Below, piece by piece: positions 1 through 9,449 of a stretch of 34,396 nucleotides of DNA. Under the pieces are notes generated by a model. That model worked only from the letters and a program-made list of their open reading frames with translations, had not been told where the DNA came from and ran no database searches. Location of the stretch: the IMG/VR virus record IMGVR_UViG_3300011334_000479, positions 1 through 34,396 of that record. One strand, 5' to 3'. Numbering within the stretch: the stretch's first letter is position 1; each line of letters starts with the position of its first letter. The position numbers were made by a program, and so were the translations under genes. The DNA comes from a virus (Duplodnaviria; Caudoviricetes).

Positions 1-71
1 CTCATGGAGAGATTTTACCGGCTGGGGAATTTGGCCGGCACGCTTTCTTGTGAAGAATAGGAGTTTTCAAA

Positions 72-443
72 ATGGCATTAGGTCGGCCGCCGTTTAAGCC
101 GACGAAGGCCCAGCGTTACCGTTGCTCGGTGCTGGCTGCGGCCCGCATGAGCGAGGCAGATATAGCGCGGGTTTTCGGCGTGTCAGTCGGGACGCTCCGC
201 AAGCACTTTGACGAGGAATTGACCGCCGGGGCGGCGCAGCGGAATGCCGAGATGAACGAGGCGCTGTTTGAATCTGGCAAGGCCGGGAACGTGGCGGCGA
301 TGAAGGCTTGGCAGGCGCGGGCGTCCGCGACACCGGGTGTTCCTGGCGCGCCATCGACGGACGGGCTTGGCAAAAAGGAATTGCAGGAGATCGAGGCGAA
401 GCTGCCGCCGGCTGGCGAGTGGGGCGAGCTGGTGAAGCACTGA
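72..443 (+). CDS. terS: Terminase small subunit (HTH-containing)
   Basis: GRPPFKPT start, HTH-like IARVFGVSVGTLRKHF, SD AGGAG upstream, TGATG coupling to terL. Confidence 0.85.
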   Translation: MALGRPPFKPTKAQRYRCSVLAAARMSEADIARVFGVSVGTLRKHFDEELTAGAAQRNAEMNEALFESGKAGNVAAMKAWQARASATPGVPGAPSTDGLGKKELQEIEAKLPPAGEWGELVKH

Positions 444-2134
444 TGGCGCACTGGTCTTTCGCGGTTCCCGATTGGGCGGCGCGGATCGAGGCGGGGCAGT
501 CGCTACTGCCGGCGCTGCCGATTGACCGGCGCGAATACGATCGGGCCACCGGGATATTTGACAAGCTGCGGCTACCGGACGTTGAGGGAAAGCCAGCGCT
601 GAAAGAGGCCAGCGGCGAATGGTTCCGGCAGATCGTCGGCACGGTGCTGGGCTCGATCGACCAGGCGACCGGCGAGCGCCAGGTGCCAGAGTTGTTTCTG
701 CTGGCGCCAAAGAAGTCGAGCAAGACGAGCTACAGCGCGGCCTTCATGGTCACGGCGCTGCTGATGAACGAGCGCCCGCGGGCAGAGTTCCTCCTGGTGG
801 CGCCGTCGCTGGCAATTGCCCATCTGGCGTTTACGCAAGCTGTCGGCATGATCGAGGCCGACGAGGCGGGCTTCCTGCCGCGCCGGATGCACGTGCAGGA
901 GCACATGCGGAAGATCACCGACCGGCGCACCAAGGCGTCGCTGGCGATCAAGACATTCGACGCCAGCATCCTGACCGGCATCAAGCCGGCCGGCGTGCTG
1001 CTTGATGAGCTTCACGAGATCGCACGAAGCTCGGCGGCGGAGCGGATCATCGGCCAGATTCGGGGCGGCATGATCGCCATCCCCGAGGCGTTCTTCGCGA
1101 TGATTACGACGCAAAGCGACCAGCCGCCGCGAGGCGCGTTCGCGGCAGAATTGAAAAACGCACGGGGCATCCGCGACGGCCGCACGCCGGGCCGCACGCT
1201 GTCGGTGCTGTACGAGTTTCCCGAGCGCTTCATCAAAGACAAGGCGATTCCGCCCGCTTGGAAAGACCCAAAAAACTGGTGGATGGTCACGCCTAATCTC
1301 GACAAGTCGGTGACGCTGGAAAAGCTCGAGGAAATGCTTGAGCGCGCAGAGCGCGACGGCGACGGCGAGGTTATCCGCTGGGCCTCGCAGCATCTCAACA
1401 TCGAGATCGGCCTGGCGCTTGGGTCGGATCGCTGGGCTGGCGCGGAACATTGGCAGGCGGCAGCCGAGACGACGCTAACCTTGAGCGAGCTCCTGACACG
1501 CTCCGAGGTGGTCGTGATGGGCGCGGACGGCGGCGGCCTGGACGATTTGCTTGGCCTGGCGGTGATGGGCCGCGAGAAGAAGACCGGCCGGCTGCTGCTG
1601 TGGTGCAAGGCATGGGCTTTCACCTCAGTGCTGGAGCGGCGCAAGGGCGAAGCCTCGGTACTTCGCGATTTCGAGAAAGTGGGCGACCTCCGCGTGATCC
1701 AGCGGCTGGGCGAGGACATGGACGACCTCACGAACATAGCCGAGCAGGTGCTGGCGAGCGGCAAGCTGTACAAGGTCGGCGTCGATCCGGCCGGAGTGGG
1801 CGGCATTATCGACGCCCTGGGCGAGGCCGGCATCAGGGGCACCGAGGCCGGCGGGATGATCCAGGGCATATCGCAAGGCTGGCGGTTGTCCGGCGCCATC
1901 AAGACGATGGAACGGGCGCTTGCCGATGGCACGCTGATACACGGCGGCCAGCCGATGATGGCCTGGTGCGTCGGCAACGCCAAGGTCGAGCCCCGCGGCA
2001 ACGCGATCATCATCACGAAACAAGCTGCGGGCTCGGCGAAGATCGATCCGCTCATGGCGAGCTTCAACGCAATCTCGCTCATGGGGACGAACCCGCGAGC
2101 ACGCGGAGGCGCTGCCATCACTCTGTTAGATTGA
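443..2134 (+). CDS. terL: Terminase large subunit
   Basis: Walker A variant APKKSSKTS, Walker B VLLDELHE, nuclease motifs GADGGGLDD and KIDPLMA; ATG at 443 overlaps terS stop. Confidence 0.95.
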   Translation: MAHWSFAVPDWAARIEAGQSLLPALPIDRREYDRATGIFDKLRLPDVEGKPALKEASGEWFRQIVGTVLGSIDQATGERQVPELFLLAPKKSSKTSYSAAFMVTALLMNERPRAEFLLVAPSLAIAHLAFTQAVGMIEADEAGFLPRRMHVQEHMRKITDRRTKASLAIKTFDASILTGIKPAGVLLDELHEIARSSAAERIIGQIRGGMIAIPEAFFAMITTQSDQPPRGAFAAELKNARGIRDGRTPGRTLSVLYEFPERFIKDKAIPPAWKDPKNWWMVTPNLDKSVTLEKLEEMLERAERDGDGEVIRWASQHLNIEIGLALGSDRWAGAEHWQAAAETTLTLSELLTRSEVVVMGADGGGLDDLLGLAVMGREKKTGRLLLWCKAWAFTSVLERRKGEASVLRDFEKVGDLRVIQRLGEDMDDLTNIAEQVLASGKLYKVGVDPAGVGGIIDALGEAGIRGTEAGGMIQGISQGWRLSGAIKTMERALADGTLIHGGQPMMAWCVGNAKVEPRGNAIIITKQAAGSAKIDPLMASFNAISLMGTNPRARGGAAITLLD

Positions 2135-2143
2135 GGCCCGCCG

Positions 2144-3385
2144 ATGTGGAATCCATTTCGGCGCGAGGCCAAGAGCAACTCGCTAGACCTGCTGCGTTCG
2201 TTTTTGCTCGGGTCGGAATCTCTTAGCGGCCAGGCAGTGACGGTGGAGCGGGCGCTGGGCGTGACAACGGTGCTGCGCTGCGCCACGCTCCTCGGCAACG
2301 GCTGCTCGCAGATTCCGTTCAAACTCTATCGCACGCTGAACGGCGGCAAGGGCCGCGAGGCGGTGACAGATCATCCGGTGGCGAAGCTCATGCGCCGCCG
2401 TCCCAATGGATGGATGACGCCGAGCGAGTGGCGCCGCCCCATGACCATGCACGCCGCGCTCGGCCCGTTCGGCCTCTCGCTCATCACCCGCGCGCCGCGT
2501 GACGGCCGCCCGCTCGAGCTCCTCCCGGTGCCACCGGCGTGGATATCGTGGGAGCAGGGCGAGGATTGGAAAATTGCCTATACGGTGTCATGGCCTGGCG
2601 GCGGTCGCGACACCTACAACCAAAACGACGTTTTCGTAATTCGCGGCCCGTCATGGGACTCGGTTCAAGGGCTCGGCGCGGTGAAGTATGCCCGCGAGGC
2701 CATCGGCCTCCGCCTGGCGGTGGATGAGGCACAAGCCAAGCTCTTCAAGAATGGCGCGCGGCCGGGCGGCATCCTCACGGCCAAGACGCCGCTTACCGAT
2801 GAGCAACGCACCGTGCTCAAGGCGGCATGGCAGGACATGCACGGCGGCGCCTCAAACGCCGGGCGCTCGGCGCTCATGGAGGGCGACCTCGAGTTCAAGT
2901 CGCTGGCGATGGACAACACCGACGCCGACACGATGAAACTCCGCGGCCAGCAGATCGAGGAAATCTGCCGCGGCTTCTCGGTGTTCCCGCAAATGGTCGG
3001 CCATTCCGGCGACTCGGCCCCGACCTTCGCCAGCGCGGAGCAATTCTTTATCGCGCACGTGGTGCACACGCTCTCGCCCTGGCATGTCGCATGGGAGGAG
3101 GCGATGGCCACGCAACTCCTCACCGATGAGGAGGATGCCGAGGGCCTGTATTTCAAGTTCACGGTGCAAGCGCTCCTCCGCGGCACGGCCAAGGAGCGCG
3201 GCGAATTTTACCAACTCTTGGTGAATATGGGCGCGGTGTCGCCGAATGAGATTCGCGCGCTCGAGGAAATGGATGAGCGGCCCGAGCTCGACCGCTTCCG
3301 CATCCCTCTCAACATGACGGTGGTGCGCGAAGACGGCACGCCGATGCCGGCCGAAAAGCCGCCGGCGCCCACCCCGACCGCTTAA
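2144..3385 (+). CDS. HK97-family portal protein
   Basis: RRPNGWMT, LFKNGARPGGIL, EEICRGFSV, SPNEIRALE motifs; position after terL. Confidence 0.95.
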   Translation: MWNPFRREAKSNSLDLLRSFLLGSESLSGQAVTVERALGVTTVLRCATLLGNGCSQIPFKLYRTLNGGKGREAVTDHPVAKLMRRRPNGWMTPSEWRRPMTMHAALGPFGLSLITRAPRDGRPLELLPVPPAWISWEQGEDWKIAYTVSWPGGGRDTYNQNDVFVIRGPSWDSVQGLGAVKYAREAIGLRLAVDEAQAKLFKNGARPGGILTAKTPLTDEQRTVLKAAWQDMHGGASNAGRSALMEGDLEFKSLAMDNTDADTMKLRGQQIEEICRGFSVFPQMVGHSGDSAPTFASAEQFFIAHVVHTLSPWHVAWEEAMATQLLTDEEDAEGLYFKFTVQALLRGTAKERGEFYQLLVNMGAVSPNEIRALEEMDERPELDRFRIPLNMTVVREDGTPMPAEKPPAPTPTA

Positions 3386-3398
3386 CCGCGAGGACCAC

Positions 3399-4085
3399 AT
3401 GCACACGCAGCGCTTCGAAATCCCCGCCGAGTGGAAATTTGCCGGCGACGCCGCGGCTATGGAGTTTTCCGGCTACGGTGCCGTTTTCGGCAACGTCGAC
3501 TCCTACGGCGACGTGATCGCTCCGGGCGCCTTTGCCGAGACGCTCCGCGAAGCCAAGGGCTCGGGCGTGTGGCCGGCGATGCTCTTGCAGCATGGCGGCG
3601 GCCTCATGGGCTCGGCCGAAGACATGACGCCGATTGGAATCTGGACGCAACTCGAGGAGGATAGCCACGGCCTCAAGGTGAGCGGCAAGCTGGCCGACAC
3701 CTCGCGCGGTCGCGACCTCTATACGTTGATGAAGATGCAACCGCGCTCGGCCATCAACGGCTTGAGCATCGGTTACTCTCCCGTAGAATGGGCGACCCGC
3801 ACTAACCCGGATGAGCCGCGCCGCACACTCAAGCGCGTGAAACTTTGGGAGGTGTCGCCGGTCACCTTCCCCGCGAATGGTAAGGCGCGCGTCTCCGACG
3901 TGAAGAGCGCGACGCCTTCGGAAATCGAGCGGACGTTGCGCGACGCAATGGGCCTCTCGCGTGCCGAAGCCAAGGCTTTCATGGCCGAAGGCTTCGCCGG
4001 GCTCAAACACCAGCGCGACGCTGGCGGCGACTCCGAAGAGTTGGCGGCGCTTGTCCGTCGAAACATCACCACGCTCAAGCTCTGA
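3399..4085 (+). CDS. HK97-family prohead protease
   Basis: FSGYGAVFGNVDSYGDVIAPGAF, LLQH, GLSIGY, LWEVSPVTFPAN. Confidence 0.95.
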   Translation: MHTQRFEIPAEWKFAGDAAAMEFSGYGAVFGNVDSYGDVIAPGAFAETLREAKGSGVWPAMLLQHGGGLMGSAEDMTPIGIWTQLEEDSHGLKVSGKLADTSRGRDLYTLMKMQPRSAINGLSIGYSPVEWATRTNPDEPRRTLKRVKLWEVSPVTFPANGKARVSDVKSATPSEIERTLRDAMGLSRAEAKAFMAEGFAGLKHQRDAGGDSEELAALVRRNITTLKL

Positions 4086-4097
4086 AAGGGGCCGCAC

Positions 4098-5333
4098 ATG
4101 GATACCGTCGAAATCAAGAATCTACTGGAAGCCCAGAACAAGACGTTCGTGGACTTCAAGGCCGCCCTGGCCGACGCCACGAAGGGCGGGGCCGAGGCCA
4201 ACGCCAAGGTCGATGCCATCAATGGCGAGCTCACCCGCATCGGCAAAGAGCTCAAGGAAATCGCCAACCGCGCCGAAGCCGCCGAGGCAGCCGCCGCTCG
4301 CCCGAATCGTGGCAACGGCTCCAAGGCTTCGGCCGAGGAAGTCGCCTACAAGTCGGGCCTCTTCCGCTACATCAAGAGCGGCGAAGAGGGTGGCCTCCGC
4401 GACCTCGAAAAGAAGGCGATGAGCGCCGGCAGCAACGTGGACGGTGGCTATACGGTTCCCACCGAAATGGAGCAGGCCATCGACCGCGTGGCAATGCAGA
4501 TGGTGTCCATGCGCCGCTTGGCGACCGTGCGCCAGATCCCCGGCCGCAGCTACAAGAAGATCGTCACCACCACCGGCGCCTCGGTCGGCGGTTGGGGCGT
4601 CGAGCAGACGGCGCCGAGCGAAAGCAACGCCATGTCGCTTTCGGAGCTCGAGTTCACGCTCGGCACCTTGTGGGCCGAGCCGCGCGCCACGCTCGAGCTC
4701 ATGGAAGACTCGGACCAGAACGTCGAGTCCTGGCTGGCCGATGAGGTCGGTATCACCTTCCAAGAGCAGGAAGGCACCGCCTTCATCACCGGTTCGGGCA
4801 TCAACCGCCCGCGCGGCATCACCGACTATGCCACGCTCGCCAACGCCTCCTATGCCTGGGGCTCCCTCGGATACATCGCCTCCGGTGCTTCCGGCCCGTT
4901 CGCCCCGGCGAGCTCCTCGGTGTCGCCGGTCGATGCCTTCATCGGCCTCTACCACGCGCTCAAGCCGGTCTATCGGCCCAATGCACGCTGGATGATGAGC
5001 GACGCCACGGTGGCCACCGTCCGCAAGTTCAAGGACGGCCAGGGCAACCTCCAGTGGAAGCCGGGCGCCTCGGTGTCGGACGGCTTCATCGAGACGTTCC
5101 TCGGCAAGCCCATCGAGTACGATGACAACATGCCCGCCGTGGCCGCCAACTCCTTCTCGGTGGCCATCGCCGACTTCAAGCGGGCCTATGTCATCGTGGA
5201 GAAGCTCGGCACGCAGGTCATCCGCGACGGCCTCACCGCGAAGCCATACGTGAAGTTCTACACGCGCCGCCGGGTTGGTGGTGGTGTGCAGAATTTCGAA
5301 GCCATCAAGCTGATGAAGATGGCGTCGAGCTAG
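4098..5333 (+). CDS. HK97-fold major capsid protein with N-terminal delta domain
   Basis: Coiled-coil N-terminus, DGGYTVP, FITGSGINRPRGI, KPYVKFYTRRRVGGGV. Confidence 0.95.
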   Translation: MDTVEIKNLLEAQNKTFVDFKAALADATKGGAEANAKVDAINGELTRIGKELKEIANRAEAAEAAAARPNRGNGSKASAEEVAYKSGLFRYIKSGEEGGLRDLEKKAMSAGSNVDGGYTVPTEMEQAIDRVAMQMVSMRRLATVRQIPGRSYKKIVTTTGASVGGWGVEQTAPSESNAMSLSELEFTLGTLWAEPRATLELMEDSDQNVESWLADEVGITFQEQEGTAFITGSGINRPRGITDYATLANASYAWGSLGYIASGASGPFAPASSSVSPVDAFIGLYHALKPVYRPNARWMMSDATVATVRKFKDGQGNLQWKPGASVSDGFIETFLGKPIEYDDNMPAVAANSFSVAIADFKRAYVIVEKLGTQVIRDGLTAKPYVKFYTRRRVGGGVQNFEAIKLMKMASS

Positions 5334-5356
5334 ACGCTCGCGCCTTCCGACTACCC

Positions 5357-5391
5357 GAAGGCGGCGGCCGTAGTGGTCGCCGCTTTCGTTT
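5357..5391 (+). terminator. Putative intrinsic terminator after the capsid gene
   Basis: GCGGCGGCC-GTAGT-GGTCGCCGC followed by TTTCGTTT. Confidence 0.6.
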
Positions 5392-5430
5392 CCACCCTCT
5401 TTCAATCGGTTTTCTTTGGAGGTTCGCGCT

Positions 5431-5859
5431 ATGCGTGACCAGTCAACTCGTCTCCACCTTGTTACGGCAATCAAGCCGCAGACGCAGACCAACGCCGACA
5501 CCGCGATTGTCGGCCCCATCATCGACCGCAAGGGCTACGATTCGCTTACCTTTTGCCTCTTGCTCGGCACCATGACCGACGCCAACGTGACCGGCGCGGT
5601 AACTTTCGAGCACGGCGACGCCTCGGCCCTGTCCGACACCGCGGTGCCGGCCGCCACCGACCTCATCGGCACGCCGACGCTCATGGCCTTCCAGTACGAC
5701 GACGACATCGAGTGCCGCAAGATCGGCTATGTCGGCGTGAAGCGCTATGTGCGCGTGACCGTCACGCCGACCGGCAACGACTCCGGTGCTCTGCCCATCG
5801 CTTGCGTTGCCATTCTCGGTGCGCCGGCGGCCGGGCCGACTGCCAACCCGCCGCAGTAA
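5431..5859 (+). CDS. Putative capsid cement/decoration protein (Bbp16-like beta-sandwich)
   Basis: Follows the capsid gene, SD GGAGG at 5418-5422, beta-rich, GYVGVKRYVRV motif. Confidence 0.6.
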   Translation: MRDQSTRLHLVTAIKPQTQTNADTAIVGPIIDRKGYDSLTFCLLLGTMTDANVTGAVTFEHGDASALSDTAVPAATDLIGTPTLMAFQYDDDIECRKIGYVGVKRYVRVTVTPTGNDSGALPIACVAILGAPAAGPTANPPQ

Positions 5860-5885
5860 GCGGCGGCCTGGTAGCCTGACTGTCA

Positions 5886-5920
5886 CCCGCCGCCGGCGAT
5901 CCCGGCGGCGGGCCTTCTTC
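5886..5920 (+). terminator. GC-rich hairpin, weak terminator
   Basis: CCCGCCGCCGG-CGATC-CCGGCGGCGGG then CCTTCTTC. Confidence 0.45.
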
Positions 5921-5933
5921 GGGAGCACCGACC

Positions 5934-6629
5934 ATGCGCGCATTCGCCGACCTCCTCGACACGACCGCGGCGGCGACGGATGATGCCACCAACCGCAATT
6001 TGACGGCGCTTGCCACGGTCAAGACCGCGCTCAAGATCGCCAATACCGATTCCGATACGCTGATCTCTGCCCTGATTCCGCGCGCTACGGCGCTGATCGT
6101 GGCCGGCTGCCGCCTGACTCGCGACGCTGCCGGCGCCAAGCCCACCTTTGCCCGCGAGACGCTGCGCGCCACATGGCACTCCGAGCCAATCTTTAATCGT
6201 GGCAGCGAGCTTTATTTGCCGTGGCGTGTGCCGGTGTATTCCATAGATTCGGTGGTTGAGGCCGATACGACGCTGACTGTAAGCACCGATTACCTGTTGA
6301 TGGGCTCGACGCCGGGCCGCCTTCGCCGAGTGTCAAGCGACGCGCCGATCGAATGGAGCACCGGCAAGATCGTGGTGATCTTCAAGGCCGGCTTTTCGGT
6401 CGCCACCTCGCTTGCTACCAACATCGACGCGGCGATCGAGGCGGCAGCCATTGAGCAAATCAAGGCCATGCTTTTTGCCGCCGACCGAGATCCCACTATC
6501 CGGTCGGAGAATGTGCCGGACCTCGCGGCCGTCTCCTACTCGGTGCCGGGCGGCGACGTGATGGGCGCCAACGTGCTGCTCCCGGCCGTGCGCGACATGC
6601 TGGCGCCTTGGCGTAATCCTGCGCCGTGA
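5934..6629 (+). CDS. Head-tail connector/adaptor (gp6-like, extended)
   Basis: LTALATVKTALKI, DTLISALI, VIFKAGF, C-terminal LAPWR; position. Confidence 0.75.
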   Translation: MRAFADLLDTTAAATDDATNRNLTALATVKTALKIANTDSDTLISALIPRATALIVAGCRLTRDAAGAKPTFARETLRATWHSEPIFNRGSELYLPWRVPVYSIDSVVEADTTLTVSTDYLLMGSTPGRLRRVSSDAPIEWSTGKIVVIFKAGFSVATSLATNIDAAIEAAAIEQIKAMLFAADRDPTIRSENVPDLAAVSYSVPGGDVMGANVLLPAVRDMLAPWRNPAP

Positions 6630-6952
6630 GCATTCAACAGACGGCCGCGCGCTTTATTACCGCGCGTGGATCTAGCATGACGCTGGCGCGCGAGGGCGAG
6701 GGCACCACCATTACGCTAAAGGGCAAGCGCGTGCCGGGCAGCACCGTGTCAGTGGGCAACACGGCCGAGCAGCAAAGCTTTCGCGTGAAGATTGGCACGG
6801 CCGAGCTGCTGGCCTCGGCCTGGTCGGTGAAGGTGCCGAACTCAAGCACCGATTCGCTTACTGTCGATGGTGTTCCCCGCGCCGTGGTTGACGTTCGCCC
6901 GCTGGCCGATGGCGGAGTAACCGGAGCCTATGAGCTTGAGGTGATCGGCTAG
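6626..6952 (+). CDS. Putative head-closure/head-tail joining protein
   Basis: 108 aa beta-rich, GTGA overlap, position. Confidence 0.55.
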   Translation: MSIQQTAARFITARGSSMTLAREGEGTTITLKGKRVPGSTVSVGNTAEQQSFRVKIGTAELLASAWSVKVPNSSTDSLTVDGVPRAVVDVRPLADGGVTGAYELEVIG

Positions 6953-7656
6953 TGGGTGTCACCGTTCAGCACATCGGCAAGCCGGTCGATGCGAAGAGCA
7001 TCGGCGAGTGGGTGAAGGCCAACACCATCGCGGTGGCAGAGAAGGCTTTACGCGAGGAGGTGGGCCGGGGCTTCGATAGCCAGCCGGTGGTCATCACTGA
7101 CGGCGTGCCGCGCCGCGGTTACGATCAGGTGCGGCCGTTCGGAAAAATTGAATTTGCCCGCCGGCCGCAAATGGCCGAGGTGGTGTTGTGGGCGCTCGAT
7201 GCTCTTCGCAAGCGCTCGCCGATACTCACCGGCCGCTATGTCCAATCCCACGCCGTGCTCTTGAACGGCGCCGAGATAACCGGCGACCTCCGCGCCGCCC
7301 TGGTTGCGGTGAGGGAAACCGACCGGGTGCAGATCGTCAATCCGCAACCCTACGCCAAGAAGATCGAAGGCCGCCGACCGCGGAGCAAAGGCCGCGGCGC
7401 CAACCGGGTGAAGACCTCCGCGGCGGCAGGCTTGAGCCGCCAGGCGCCGCGCGGCGTCTATGAGCGCGTGGTGCTGCCGTTGCTGGTGCGTCGCTATGGG
7501 CGGTCGATGTTTTTTGACTTCAAGTACGTGAAGCTCAACACCGGCCTCAAGGTGAAGGGCTATCAGGGCGGCGGCGCCAACCGGAAGCGCATCATGCGCG
7601 ACCACGTTTACCCGGCGCTCAATTTCTTCATCAAGCCCACCGGCTTGGCCAACTAA
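6952..7656 (+). CDS. Putative tail-completion protein (HK97 gp10-like)
   Basis: SPILTGRY and NPQPYAKKIE motifs, SRQAPRGV; position. Confidence 0.6.
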   Translation: MGVTVQHIGKPVDAKSIGEWVKANTIAVAEKALREEVGRGFDSQPVVITDGVPRRGYDQVRPFGKIEFARRPQMAEVVLWALDALRKRSPILTGRYVQSHAVLLNGAEITGDLRAALVAVRETDRVQIVNPQPYAKKIEGRRPRSKGRGANRVKTSAAAGLSRQAPRGVYERVVLPLLVRRYGRSMFFDFKYVKLNTGLKVKGYQGGGANRKRIMRDHVYPALNFFIKPTGLAN

Positions 7657-7665
7657 GAGGCGACC

Positions 7666-8127
7666 ATGGCCGGTGACACTCTCCGCGACGCCTTCCGCGC
7701 CGAGCTCGCGACGATCCGCACGGCGGCGTCGATTGCCTGGCCGATAAAGGACACGCTCAACACCTCCACACAGCCCAACCCGGCCGCGGCCGGCGTGGCC
7801 TCGACGGCGGCCGGCTATCTCGAGTTGGAATTCCCCGGCGGCAGCGAGGCGCAATATACGTTCGGCGCACCGGCCGCCAACTTTCACCGCGAGCAAGGGC
7901 AAGTCACTGTCAACGTGGTGACGCGCTTGCGAACCGGCACCACCAACCGCGACCTCGCTGAAACCTACGCCGCGTCCATCCGCTCGGCCTTCCGCATGCG
8001 CCGCTTTGCTGCCGGCTCGCGATCCGTTCGCATTGTCGCCGTGGCGCCGATGGGTGGCGGCCACGACGAGGCCGGCATGTGGGTCGAGAGCGTCGCCCTG
8101 GGGTACGAAATCTATAACGTCGGCTGA
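7666..8127 (+). CDS. Putative tail terminator protein
   Basis: 153 aa, REQGQVTVNV, directly before the tail tube gene. Confidence 0.6.
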   Translation: MAGDTLRDAFRAELATIRTAASIAWPIKDTLNTSTQPNPAAAGVASTAAGYLELEFPGGSEAQYTFGAPAANFHREQGQVTVNVVTRLRTGTTNRDLAETYAASIRSAFRMRRFAAGSRSVRIVAVAPMGGGHDEAGMWVESVALGYEIYNVG

Positions 8128-8167
8128 TATCCGACGCATCGACCCGGTGCTTGTAGCCAAGCACCTG

Positions 8168-8196
8168 AACCGCCGCCGCCTTCCCGGCGGTTTTTT
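8168..8196 (+). terminator. Intrinsic terminator upstream of the tail tube gene
   Basis: CCGCCG...CGGCGG stem followed by TTTTTT; preceded by a second 8-bp hairpin at 8146-8165. Confidence 0.65.
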
Positions 8197-8223
8197 CTTG
8201 TCCAATTTAGAGGAGCCACCGCA

Positions 8224-9147
8224 ATGGACAGCGCCAACAAACAGACCGCGATCATCGCGGAGGTTACCCAGGGCACGACGCCGGCCGCGCCGGCTTTCAA
8301 AGTGCTTCGCGATGTGCGGGTCAGCGGCTCGCCGCAGCGCCCGGCCTCGCGCTCGCCCGAGCGGCGAAGCGACCGCATGGCCGCCAACATGACCTCGGGC
8401 CTGGCCACGTTTCCGAAGGCGATCGAGATGCCGTGGGTGCGCGACGAGGGGCTTGATGTGCTGTGGGAATCCGCGCTTTGCGGCGCGTGGTCGACCAACG
8501 TGCTGAAAAACGCCAGCACAAAGAAGCCCTTCACGCTTGAGGAGAAGTACGAGGGCGGCGCTACCGACCCCTACCGTCGCCTCGCCGGCTGCCTGGTCGA
8601 TCAGGTGTCAATCGGCTTCCGCAATGGCGAGCCCGGCACGCTTTCGTTCGGCGTAATGGCCATGGCCGAGACTGCCGCAACCTCCGCGATTGCCAGCTCC
8701 ACCTATGCCGCGCCAACGCCGGGATACGATCCGTCCACGCCGGCCGATATCGTGGTTAACAACCTCTTCGGCGTCAGCTCGCCCAAGTTGATGTCGCTCA
8801 ACATGACCATCGCGAACAACATGCGAGCGCAACATTCGTGGGGCAGCAACTCGCCCTTCGGCATCGGGCTTGGCCTCTTTGATGTGAGCGGCTCGGCGCA
8901 GCTCTATTTCAGCGCCTCAGCCGACTACTCGACGTTTATGACGCGTCAATCGGCGCTTACCCTCTCGCTGACCATAGGCGCCACCACTAATTACAAAGAC
9001 ACGATCGAGCTCGGCAACTGCGACGTGTTCAACCCGGATGTGGACGATCCGGGGGCGACCGGCGACCACATGGTCACGCTCAACTTCATGGCGCGCTACT
9101 ACGCCACTGATACTGCCGCGATCAAGATCACTCGCCTGGTGGCCTGA
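8224..9147 (+). CDS. Major tail tube protein
   Basis: AEVTQGTTPA, SPERRSDR, FTLEEKY, GCLVDQVSI, VSGSAQLYF; SD GAGGAG. Confidence 0.85.
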   Translation: MDSANKQTAIIAEVTQGTTPAAPAFKVLRDVRVSGSPQRPASRSPERRSDRMAANMTSGLATFPKAIEMPWVRDEGLDVLWESALCGAWSTNVLKNASTKKPFTLEEKYEGGATDPYRRLAGCLVDQVSIGFRNGEPGTLSFGVMAMAETAATSAIASSTYAAPTPGYDPSTPADIVVNNLFGVSSPKLMSLNMTIANNMRAQHSWGSNSPFGIGLGLFDVSGSAQLYFSASADYSTFMTRQSALTLSLTIGATTNYKDTIELGNCDVFNPDVDDPGATGDHMVTLNFMARYYATDTAAIKITRLVA

Positions 9148-9191
9148 TGCCGCCGCGTAATCTCAACCCCATTGCAGAGGAGCCCGCAGCC

Positions 9192-9362
9192 ATGGGCAAG
9201 TATCTCATCGAGGCTAACTTCCACGTGTATGTCGGCCAGGGCGACGACAAGCCCGAGCGCAAGGCGACCTTCACCAAGGGCATGGTGGTCGAGGCCGCCG
9301 ACATTCCCCAGAGCCAGTCCGCCGCCGATTGGGTGGCCAAGGGGCTCGCCAAGGCGGCTTAG
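9192..9362 (+). CDS. Small hypothetical virion-associated protein (56 aa)
   Basis: SD GAGGAG at 9177-9182, phage-like codon usage, ends WVAKGLAKAA. Confidence 0.65.
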   Translation: MGKYLIEANFHVYVGQGDDKPERKATFTKGMVVEAADIPQSQSAADWVAKGLAKAA

Positions 9363-9449
9363 GCCGTCCTAGCGGCGCCAGTAATGGCCCGCGAACCGAG
9401 GCCCGCCCGTGGTCGGCGGGCGGGCCTCACCTCACCGACCGGAGGTACT

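Noticed and set aside
1-71. cos site or terminal repeat
   Set aside because: No match between the window ends and no identifiable cos; it probably lies in the missing stretch between the HNH gene and position 1.
308-442. Extended N-termini in the ORF track (terL from 308, int from 22916, helicase from 29154, DUF6378 from 32205, 17679, 33423)
   Set aside because: They overlap upstream genes; downstream starts with SDs or stop/start coupling fit better.
4122-5531. Long antisense ORFs (also 1012-2322, 7048-8205, 11568-12845 and others)
   Set aside because: Shadow frames of GC-rich genes with strong codon bias; no motifs or SDs.
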